DNA of 32,000 nucleotides from Candidatus Saccharimonadota bacterium (GTDB lineage Bacteria; Bacteroidota; Bacteroidia; Cytophagales; Amoebophilaceae): NCBI RefSeq assembly GCF_964030745.1, contig NZ_OZ034918.1, positions 600,001 to 632,000 of the forward strand, read 5' to 3'. Shown piece by piece: positions 24,938 to 32,000 of this stretch (position 1 is its first letter; each line of letters starts with the position of its first letter). The notes under the pieces were generated by a model. It saw only the letters and a program-made list of their open reading frames with translations, ran no database searches and was not told where the DNA came from. The position numbers and the translations under genes were made by a program.

Positions 24938-26887
24938 ATGTATTGTCAAGATACAATGTTGATATTTCTTTTATTATTTACTTACGCTTGTAATCACATT
25001 TCTAGATACAATGTTACAGAATGTGAAGCATCGGTTAATCGTAGTCCTAAATCGCTAAGAAGTATTCTTTTAAATCAAAAATATGATCATGGGTACCTTC
25101 TTCATCAGTTTGTAATGGACTCTGCTAACTGGCCGGAGAACAACACTCTAAATAATAGAGAACGTATATTAAAGAGTATAAAACGTATATTGCGTGATTT
25201 TGGTAATGATCCTCTGGTAATCAATAAACGTAATGATGAGGGATATACTCCGTTTGATTTGGCAACGCTGAATAATGATCATCGTATGGTACAAGCATTC
25301 CTGTCTTCTTTTAGAAATGGTATTGATGTGAATGCTAAGCATAACATTCTCAATACCCCGCTTCATATGGCAGCGGCATGTGGCCATGTAAATGTTTGTG
25401 CCAAATTACTGCAAGCTGAGGGGATTTTAGTCAATGAGCGAGATAAGTATGGTAATACCCCGCTTCATTTTGCAGCGGTATGTGGCGATGTAAATATTTG
25501 TGCCAAATTACTGCAAGCTGAGGGGATTTTAGTCAATGCGAAAAATAATCATGGTCATACCCCGCTTCATTTTGCAGCGGCATGTGACCATGTAAATATT
25601 TGTGCCAAATTACTGCAAGCTGAGGGGATTTTAGTCAATGCGAAAAATAATCATGGTCATACCCCGCTTCATATGGCAGCGGCATGTGACCATGTAAATA
25701 TTTGTGCCAAGTTACTGCAAGCTAAGGGGATTTTAGTCAATGCGAAAAATAATCATGGTTATACCTCACTTCATGTGGCAGCGGAACGTGGCCATGTAAA
25801 TGTTTGTGCTAGGTTACTGCAAGCTAAGGGGATTTTAGTCAATGAGCAAGATGAGGATGGTTATACCCCACTTCATGTGGCAGCGGAACGTGGCCATGTA
25901 AATGTTTGTGCCAGGTTACTGCAAGCTAAGGGTATTTTAGTCAATGCGAAAAATAATCATGGTTATACCCCACTTCATGTGGCAGCGGAACGTGGCCATG
26001 TAAATGTTTGTGCCAGGTTACTGCAAGCTAAGGGTATTTTAGTCAATGCGAAAAATAATCATGGTCATACCCCACTTCATGTGGCAGCGGCATTTAACCA
26101 TGTAAATATTTGTGCCAAATTACTGCAAGCTGAGGGGATTTTAGTCAATAAGCGAGATAGGTATGGTAGTAATACCCCGCTTCATATAGCAGCGTTATAT
26201 GGCCATGTAAATATTTGTGCCAAATTACTGCAAGCTGAGGGGATTTTAATCAATGAGCGAGATAAGTATGGTTATACTCCGCTTCATTTGGCAATGAAAT
26301 ATGGCCATGTAAATATTTGTGCTAAGTTACTGCAAGCTGAGGGGATTTTAGTCAATAAGCGAGATAGGTATGGTAGTAATACCCCGCTTCATATGGCAGC
26401 GGCATGTGGCGATGTAAATATTTGTGCCAAATTACTGCAAGCTGAGGGGATTTTAATCAATGAGCGAGATAAGTATGGTAACACTCCGCTTCATTTGACA
26501 GCGAGACATGGCCATGTAAATGTTTGTGCCCAGTTACTGCAAGCTGAGGGGATTTTAATCAATGAGCGAGATAAACATGGTAATACTCCGCTTCATTTGA
26601 CAGCGAGACATGGCCATGTAAATGTTTGTGCCCAGTTACTGCAAGCTGAGGGGATTTTAATCAATGAGCGAGATAAACATGGTAATACTCCGCTTCATTT
26701 GGCAGCGAGCCATGGCCATGTAAATGTTTGTGCCCAGTTACTGCAAGCTGAGGGGATTTTAATCAATGAGCGAGATAAGCATGGTAATACTCCGCTTCAT
26801 TTGGCAGCGAGATATGGCTATGCAAATGTTTGTGCCCAGTTACTGCAAGCTGAGGGGATTTTAGTCAATACGAGACCGTTTCTATAG
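24938..26887 (+). CDS. ankyrin-repeat protein (16 ANK units), possible signal/lipoprotein N-terminus; alternative start ATG 24956
   Basis: 649 aa. It has one degenerate unit plus 15 consecutive units with the pattern TPLH.AA..GHVN.CA.LLQA.GIL.N..D..G. The N-terminus MLIFLLLFTYAC is hydrophobic and ends in Cys. Confidence 0.9.
   Translation: MYCQDTMLIFLLLFTYACNHISRYNVTECEASVNRSPKSLRSILLNQKYDHGYLLHQFVMDSANWPENNTLNNRERILKSIKRILRDFGNDPLVINKRNDEGYTPFDLATLNNDHRMVQAFLSSFRNGIDVNAKHNILNTPLHMAAACGHVNVCAKLLQAEGILVNERDKYGNTPLHFAAVCGDVNICAKLLQAEGILVNAKNNHGHTPLHFAAACDHVNICAKLLQAEGILVNAKNNHGHTPLHMAAACDHVNICAKLLQAKGILVNAKNNHGYTSLHVAAERGHVNVCARLLQAKGILVNEQDEDGYTPLHVAAERGHVNVCARLLQAKGILVNAKNNHGYTPLHVAAERGHVNVCARLLQAKGILVNAKNNHGHTPLHVAAAFNHVNICAKLLQAEGILVNKRDRYGSNTPLHIAALYGHVNICAKLLQAEGILINERDKYGYTPLHLAMKYGHVNICAKLLQAEGILVNKRDRYGSNTPLHMAAACGDVNICAKLLQAEGILINERDKYGNTPLHLTARHGHVNVCAQLLQAEGILINERDKHGNTPLHLTARHGHVNVCAQLLQAEGILINERDKHGNTPLHLAASHGHVNVCAQLLQAEGILINERDKHGNTPLHLAARYGYANVCAQLLQAEGILVNTRPFL
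25355..26884 (+). repeat. tandem array of 15 near-identical 102/105-bp units (coding ANK repeats)
   Basis: The period was measured from successive ACC CCG CTT CAT positions (25355, 25457, 25559 ...). Units 26483-26584 and 26585-26686 are identical over 102 bp. Confidence 0.92.
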
Positions 26888-26991
26888 TCATTTAATTTTA
26901 TCATTAAAACTTATCTTTTATTTTTCTCAAATCGTTAAAAAAGGTCAAAGTTTATTGATTTTCAGGTATTTATGCTTCAAATTTTAGCAGT

Positions 26992-27129
26992 ATGCTTATA
27001 TCTCTCAAGCAAACTAACCAACTAAGTTTCTCAGATATTTCAGCGAGCCGACGTAAGTGCAAGCACACCTTTTTCGACCAAATAAATAAGTTAGTTAATT
27101 GGTCGGCAGTAGAAAAAGAGCTCCGCTAA
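26992..27129 (+). pseudogene. remnant of an IS5-family transposase N-terminus (InsH N-terminal/DUF772-like)
   Basis: The 45-codon ORF MLISLKQTNQLSFSDISASRRKCKHTFFDQINKLVNWSAVEKELR* fits the QLSF.D.......L..I...I.W..IE..L pattern and then stops. No DDE domain follows. Confidence 0.45.
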
Positions 27130-27182
27130 CAACGGCCTCAGCTTGTGATTTTTGTAAATTTTTATTAAGCTTAATGTAAATT

Positions 27183-27911
27183 ATGGTATGGTTGCATAGT
27201 ACATGGACCAGCAACATAGCCAAGTTAGTGGCAACCATTCTTGCTGTATCATGTGTATCACCTAGTAAATTGCGTAATAAATTGTATATGGCAGGCCAAC
27301 CTCATTATATGGAAGGAATAGATATATCCAACCATCAAAAGGCAATAAATTGGGAACAGTGCACTCCTGGTAGGAGTGGTAAAGACTTTGTTATTGCCAA
27401 AGCTACAGAAGGCGCAACCTATCAAGATCCTATGTTTGGTCAAAACGTTTCCGGTGCGCGTGCTGCAGGTTTTTCCCGGATCGGCGGCTATCATTTTGTA
27501 CGGTTTGGTTCAAGTGCTCCTACTGCGCAAATGGACAATTTTGTGCGCCAAATAAGCGACGTGGGCCTATTGGAGGATAAGGAAGCGATCATAGCATTAG
27601 ATGTAGAAGAACATACGATGGCTGATTATACTATAGTTGGAAGCGTGGTAGAAATATGCGTTCGTTACCTCAAAGCTATGCATATAACGCCTTACATTTA
27701 TACAAGGACATCGTTCTGGAATGCCCATGTAGCAGTGACCCCTGATATCGTTAAGGAGTGTCCATTATGGATTGCTAGATGGCGTGATGTCCCGCCATCA
27801 CCAGAAGAACTGCCACGTGGTTGGGATCTCTGGACTATTTGGCAGTACGCTAGCAAAGGGCAAGTGCCAGGCATTATAGGTGACGTAGACCTGAATAGGA
27901 TGATTAGATAA
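27183..27911 (+). CDS. glycoside hydrolase family 25 lysozyme (muramidase), with signal/lipobox-like N-terminus
   Basis: 242 aa; GIDISNHQKAINW, FVIAKATEGATYQDPMF, AAGFSRIGGYHFVRF, ALDVEE (DxE catalytic motif), WIARW...WTIWQY...G.VPGI.G.VDLN. The N-terminus KLVATILAVSC is lipobox-like. Confidence 0.85.
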   Translation: MVWLHSTWTSNIAKLVATILAVSCVSPSKLRNKLYMAGQPHYMEGIDISNHQKAINWEQCTPGRSGKDFVIAKATEGATYQDPMFGQNVSGARAAGFSRIGGYHFVRFGSSAPTAQMDNFVRQISDVGLLEDKEAIIALDVEEHTMADYTIVGSVVEICVRYLKAMHITPYIYTRTSFWNAHVAVTPDIVKECPLWIARWRDVPPSPEELPRGWDLWTIWQYASKGQVPGIIGDVDLNRMIR

Positions 27912-27984
27912 TTTTTTTTTCCAACCTATTTTTCTAACTTGCGGGCATATTTTAAAAGAAAGTTGTTAGCCTATATTTTTCTTG

Positions 27985-28126
27985 AGACCTTCTGCAAAAG
28001 CTATTTCTAATGGCAATTTTGGTGTCGAAGTTTGTCTATGCTCCTCAAATACATCTAGTATTCTGCGGTGCTCGACTGCGCTTCTCCTAAAAATTGCTCA
28101 CCACAAATAGCTTTTGCAGAAGGTCT
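27985..28126. repeat. family-A palindromic MITE-like element, copy A3 (inverted relative to A2)
   Basis: It has the same perfect 20-nt termini, and its interior is the reverse complement of the A2 interior. It is flanked by direct TTG (27982-27984 and 28127-28129) and ends 25 nt upstream of ATG 28152. Confidence 0.85.
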
Positions 28127-28151
28127 TTGGTTCACTTTATTTTTTTTTGCC

Positions 28152-29369
28152 ATGCCTAATCCATTACCGCCCTCCACTTCTAGTATGCACACATGGGGCA
28201 GTAATCATTTACAAGTAGCTACTGAGGTGGTGCATGCTGGTGTGGAGCCAGAACCGCATACGGGTGCTATCCTTACACCTATTTTTCAATCCTCTGTATT
28301 TGTGCAGGAATCTATTGAAACCTATTTGGCAAAGGGCCATTCCTATTCTGGATCAAGAAATCCTACTGTTGCAGTCCTTGAAGCCAAGATTGCTGTTTTG
28401 GAAAAAGCGGAAGCTGCTTATTGTTTTGGTTCGGGCATGGCTGCCATTATCACAACCTTGGCAACTTTTTTGCGCAATGGGGACCATTGCATACTCTCCA
28501 ATGGTTGTTACGCCACTACACAAGAAGTAGCACGTAACCTTTTTGGCCAACTTGGTGTAACTTTTTCTTTTGTAGATTTTACCAATCTAGATGAAATAGC
28601 AGCAGCCATACAACCCAATACCAAAGTACTCTTTTCAGAATATCCAACCAATCCTACCCTTACTTTAACCGATTTAGCTGCGGTTAGCGCATTGGCCCAC
28701 CAGATAGGTGCCAAACATGTTTGTGACAGTACGTTGGCCTCACCTATGGTGATTTGTCCATTAACATTTGGTGCCGATATAGTAATTCAATCTACCACTA
28801 AATATTATGATGGACATAATATGACTATTGGAGGCGCAGTAGCTTGCGCATCTGTAGAAGATGGCCCTACTATTTTCTCTTATAGGAATATGCATGGGAG
28901 TATTATGAGCCCTATGGTTGCCTTTTTTACCTTACAGTCGGCCAAAACCATGCACTTACGGATACGAGAACAGTCTGCAAATGCAGCACAGGTGGCTACA
29001 TTTTTAGCAGGACATCCCAAGGTAGAAAAGGTGGGATACCCAGGGTTGGCAGACTTTCCACAAAAGTCCTTGGCAGATAGACAACATACTAATGGACTCC
29101 ATGGTGGCATGCTGTACTTTATATTGAAAGGAGGCGCCGATACAACCAGTAAATTTATGCAGGCGTTGCGTCGTCCATGGAGCTTTGGTGCCAATTTAGG
29201 TGGAGTAGAAAGTTTAATTTCTTACCCTGCTGCAATGTCTAATGGCACAATGGATGCCACACAACTTCAATCCATTGGCATAAGCCAGGGTTTTGTACGA
29301 GTATCTTGTGGCATTGAAGCTGTACAAGATCTTATTGATGCACTGGAAGCAACTTTTAGTGTATGCTAA
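28152..29369 (+). CDS. Cys/Met-metabolism PLP-dependent enzyme (cystathionine gamma-lyase/beta-lyase/methionine gamma-lyase family)
   Basis: Starts at ATG 28152 (MPNPLPP...). Motifs: TGAILTPIFQSS.F, YSGSRNPT, FGSGMAAI, STTKYYDGHN (PLP lysine), GGVESLISYPA.MS. The GTG 28068 extension in the ORF track reads through repeat A3. Confidence 0.85.
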   Translation: MPNPLPPSTSSMHTWGSNHLQVATEVVHAGVEPEPHTGAILTPIFQSSVFVQESIETYLAKGHSYSGSRNPTVAVLEAKIAVLEKAEAAYCFGSGMAAIITTLATFLRNGDHCILSNGCYATTQEVARNLFGQLGVTFSFVDFTNLDEIAAAIQPNTKVLFSEYPTNPTLTLTDLAAVSALAHQIGAKHVCDSTLASPMVICPLTFGADIVIQSTTKYYDGHNMTIGGAVACASVEDGPTIFSYRNMHGSIMSPMVAFFTLQSAKTMHLRIREQSANAAQVATFLAGHPKVEKVGYPGLADFPQKSLADRQHTNGLHGGMLYFILKGGADTTSKFMQALRRPWSFGANLGGVESLISYPAAMSNGTMDATQLQSIGISQGFVRVSCGIEAVQDLIDALEATFSVC

Positions 29370-29371
29370 AA

Positions 29372-29642
29372 GTATCTATTTACGCCTGTGACTGGGCCCC
29401 GCCTCTCTTTCGAATCATTATCAGCCCCACGTCTCCTTCGATAAAAAATGGCGCTCTAGTAAAACACTAACACCTGAGCGATATCTTTTTCAGCGGATTA
29501 GAAAATCGTCTGTTTGAAGCCCGCTTGCGGGCTGAGTTTACGATTTTCCCGCTGAAAAAGATATCGATTCAGCTATTTACTATCGGGCCAGACTTTTTAT
29601 CGAAGGAGATAAGGGGCCCCAACCACAGGCGTGAATAGATAC
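29372..29642. repeat. family-B MITE-like palindromic element, copy B3 (most complete copy)
   Basis: Termini GTATCTATTTACGCCTGTGACTGGGCCCC ... GGGGCCCCAACCACAGGCGTGAATAGATAC. The arms are long imperfect palindromes (ctccttcgataaaaaatggc / gccagactttttatcgaaggag). The central hairpin is gcggattagaaaatcgt...gaagcccgcttgcgggc...acgattttcccgc. It starts 2 nt after the stop codon of the PLP enzyme gene. Confidence 0.85.
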
Positions 29643-29652
29643 TTATAATCAG

Positions 29653-29702
29653 GTAAAAAATAAGACAAATTCCTTAAGTTGGCGCCATTGGGTGAACGGA
29701 TA
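29653..29702. repeat. conserved module C, second copy
   Basis: See 19043-19093. It ends 4 nt from the stop codon of the MscS gene. Confidence 0.7.
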
Positions 29703-29706
29703 CACC

Positions 29707-31251
29707 TTAGGGGTGTAATGTTCCGATATGTGACCGGTATTGTACATTTCCCAAACGTATATCAAGCTTACAAGCAAGCTTTAGTATAAGTGGTATCATT
29801 CTATTCTTACATGCATATTCTATACCACTTTCAGTGGTGTCCAAATGAAAATTGAAAATGATTGCAAATCCATGTTCGTTCATCTTATCAAGATATATGT
29901 TGGTTTTTTCTGGCTTTATCAATGGCTGGGATGCAGCGATTTCATTTAATCCTTGCATAAATTTTGGTAGTAATTCTAAAGATATGGCATAGTTTAATGG
30001 TACCTCTAAGGAGACCATTCGTGACGTTCTTTTACCAAAGTTATCAATATAGGCATCGGCTAGTTTTGCATTGGGTATATAAACCAAAGAGCCTTCCTTG
30101 GTACGTAGTAAGGTAGAGCGTAAACCCACCTCTTCTACTTTGCCACGAATGCCTCCGGAAACAATTTCATCGCCTACACTAAAAGGTCGATCCATTGTAA
30201 TCATCAATGAGCCAAATAGATTTTTAATGGTATCTTGGCACGCCAAACCAAGGCCTAGGGTACTGAAAGAAAGTGCCTTTACTAAGGAACCTGTTGCAAA
30301 CCCAAGGTTATCGATTGTCTGCACCAATCCAACAATCCCTACAATAATTTTAGCTGTTATGCTAAAAAGAGGCAAAATATGGATCATAAACTTGTTATGC
30401 TTCTTAGCAATTTTTATTCTATATTGCATCAAATTGACGCACTCATAGGCCAAACACATCCATAAGAAAGAAGTAGTAGCTTCTATGACCCGATTGATAA
30501 AAGAGGTTAAAGATTCAGACTGGAACATGGTCAGGCCACTCTTTAAGAAGTATATGCTAATCACCAGCATAAGCAACCGCTCTATGGCAAATGACTTTTT
30601 ACTGCCTATAAACTTGTAGACCATAAGCTTCAAAAAATAGGGCATAATTTTATAGGTCAGCCAAATAATGATGGCTAGTCCCATCAACATGATATATTGC
30701 CAAATCGCAAGATTTAATATCTGTTTCTGGCAAAATGCCTCAGGCAAAAAATGGTATAAGAGCGTGTGTAATCTATCTGAAACTTCATATTCCCTGATAA
30801 AATTTAAGGTCTCTTGGCTGTAACGCCATTGTTCGCCTTCTTTGATTAAGTAAACTTTTGGTAGCTTTTTAGATAAAATAAATCTATTTTCATTTATCGT
30901 TGGATCCATATAATTAGGATCCTTAGGTATGGTTTCAATATTGATGCCCTTAAGTGTGAGCAATCTTTTGAGTTTAACAGCCATTTCTTTGCTTTTGGGG
31001 GCTGCGCCATGTATAAATACAATGCCCACATGCTCAGAAGCTTTATTCCCAGGGTTTAGCAGCATAAAATGGGTATATACGGTGTCATATGGGGAACTCA
31101 AATTTATTTTGAGATCATCCATGCGTCTACTGTGTGCTTGTGCCATAATCGGTAGCACTGCCCATACCAAGAAAGTAATGCATGGTATTTGTTGGATCCG
31201 TATGAAGTAGGATGCGATCGTTCCAATACAAAGTCGGTGTGTACTATTCAT
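29707..31251 (-). CDS. mechanosensitive ion channel protein (MscS family) with extended N-terminal domain
   Basis: 514 aa with a signal-like N-terminus and several TM helices. The MscS core reads NLFGSLMITMDRPFSVGDEIVSGGIRGKVEEVGLRSTLLRTKEGSLVYIPNAKL. Confidence 0.85.
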   Translation of the reverse strand: MNSTHRLCIGTIASYFIRIQQIPCITFLVWAVLPIMAQAHSRRMDDLKINLSSPYDTVYTHFMLLNPGNKASEHVGIVFIHGAAPKSKEMAVKLKRLLTLKGINIETIPKDPNYMDPTINENRFILSKKLPKVYLIKEGEQWRYSQETLNFIREYEVSDRLHTLLYHFLPEAFCQKQILNLAIWQYIMLMGLAIIIWLTYKIMPYFLKLMVYKFIGSKKSFAIERLLMLVISIYFLKSGLTMFQSESLTSFINRVIEATTSFLWMCLAYECVNLMQYRIKIAKKHNKFMIHILPLFSITAKIIVGIVGLVQTIDNLGFATGSLVKALSFSTLGLGLACQDTIKNLFGSLMITMDRPFSVGDEIVSGGIRGKVEEVGLRSTLLRTKEGSLVYIPNAKLADAYIDNFGKRTSRMVSLEVPLNYAISLELLPKFMQGLNEIAASQPLIKPEKTNIYLDKMNEHGFAIIFNFHLDTTESGIEYACKNRMIPLILKLACKLDIRLGNVQYRSHIGTLHP

Positions 31252-31431
31252 GCTTATACTATTTTAATGCTAATTGGATGTGGCTTATTTGCTCGCTAAA
31301 TTAAACTATATCTTGTGTTTTGTACAAAAAATAGCTGTTTAAAATGCTGTATCAGTCAAATTTATGAAAATCAGTTTTTTGACCATGCAAGATGCTGCAC
31401 TTGTTGCCTTTGATTAAATTTCTTGAGCTAT

Positions 31432-32000
31432 ATGGTAGATACAATGGATACAGAACAGGCCAATCACGCCTCCTCAGATCGTTATGGGTTTGATTATGTA
31501 GAAGTTTTGGGTGCAAGGACCCATAATTTAAAAAATATTGACGTTGCGTTTCCACGCAATCAACTGGTGATCATTACAGGTGTCAGTGGCAGTGGAAAAT
31601 CCTCTTTGGCCTTTGATACGATAAATGCAGAGGGGCAAAGGCGGTATAGGGAAAGCTTTAGTGCCTATGCGCGCGGCTTTTTAGGTAGCTTAACCAGGCC
31701 AGAGGTAGATAAAATCAATGGACTAAGCCCTGTTATTGCCATTGAGCAGAAAACAACCAATCGCAATGTACGCTCTACGGTAGGTACCACTACAGAGATC
31801 TATGATTTTATGCGACTGCTTTTTGCACGGATAGCTGATGCTTACGCCTATACTACAGGTAATAAAATGGTAACGCAGGATGAGGAACAGCTCCTTACCC
31901 ATCTATTACGGACCTTTTCTGGCCAACGGGTTACCTTAATGGCTCCTCTGGTTAGAGGCAGAAAAGGCCATCATGAGACATTGCTAAAGCGTTTGCTTAA
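31432..32000 (+). CDS. uvrA: excinuclease ABC subunit A, N-terminal part (continues past the window)
   Basis: The frame is open from TGA 31411-31413 to the window end. From ATG 31432: ...VEVLGARTHNLKNIDVAFPRNQLVIITGVSGSGKSSLAFDTINAEGQRRYRESFSAYARGFLG...GLSPVIAIEQKTTNRNVRSTVGTTTEIYDFMRLLFAR. It is absent from the ORF track because it has no stop. Confidence 0.93.
   Translation, partial: MVDTMDTEQANHASSDRYGFDYVEVLGARTHNLKNIDVAFPRNQLVIITGVSGSGKSSLAFDTINAEGQRRYRESFSAYARGFLGSLTRPEVDKINGLSPVIAIEQKTTNRNVRSTVGTTTEIYDFMRLLFARIADAYAYTTGNKMVTQDEEQLLTHLLRTFSGQRVTLMAPLVRGRKGHHETLLKRLL

Noticed and set aside
25355-26884. Regular 102-bp periodic repeats as a possible CRISPR array
   Set aside because: There are no unique spacers between repeats, and the units are contiguous, in one long ORF, and encode canonical ankyrin motifs.
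28068-28151. GTG-initiated N-terminal extension of the PLP enzyme ORF
   Set aside because: The extension (MLDCASPKNCSPQIAFAEGLWF...) is the translation of repeat A3. Family homology starts after ATG 28152.
31352-31555. 67-aa minus-strand ORF
   Set aside because: It overlaps the clearly recognisable uvrA 5' end on the plus strand.

Overview
This window looks like chromosomal DNA from an AT-rich Bacteroidota-type bacterium. The Bacteroidota call rests on FabV, a DUF4293-like protein, a TamB-like giant protein, Ctc-form L25 and TAnnTTTG-type promoter boxes. The combination of eukaryote-like ANK and TPR repeat proteins, decayed IS elements and many small palindromic repeats resembles intracellular symbionts of the Amoebophilaceae type. 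That organism assignment is inference only, since no search could be run.

Housekeeping genes I can support:
- fabV 3' end, an Omp85/BamA-family protein, recA and an HU-family protein.
- tRNA-Asp(GTC), tRNA-Arg(TCG), an ABC ATPase and holA.
- rplY, pth, a TamB-like protein, engB, a Cys/Met PLP enzyme, an MscS-family channel and the uvrA 5' end.

Accessory content:
- A tandem array of four small paralogous putative lipoproteins. They share a near-identical signal/lipobox region, and one carries an internal G9 tract.
- Two tandem AAA-ATPase-like plus PD-(D/E)XK proteins.
- A roughly 3.9 kb cassette bracketed by inverted copies of a palindromic element. It carries a decayed transposase, a 649-aa ankyrin protein built from 15 near-identical 102/105-bp units, a second IS remnant and a GH25 lysozyme.
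- Two families of MITE-like palindromic repeats. Family A has termini AGACCTTCTGCAAAAGCTAT. Family B has termini GTATCTATTYACGCCTGTGGCTGG.

The most unusual observation is a family-A copy fixed in-frame, as exactly 48 codons with no stop, inside the large TPR protein gene. This parallels the Rickettsia palindromic elements.

I saw no rRNA, CRISPR array, prophage or secretion-system cluster. All calls come from reading the sequence and the ORF translations. Homology statements are motif recognition from memory, not search results.
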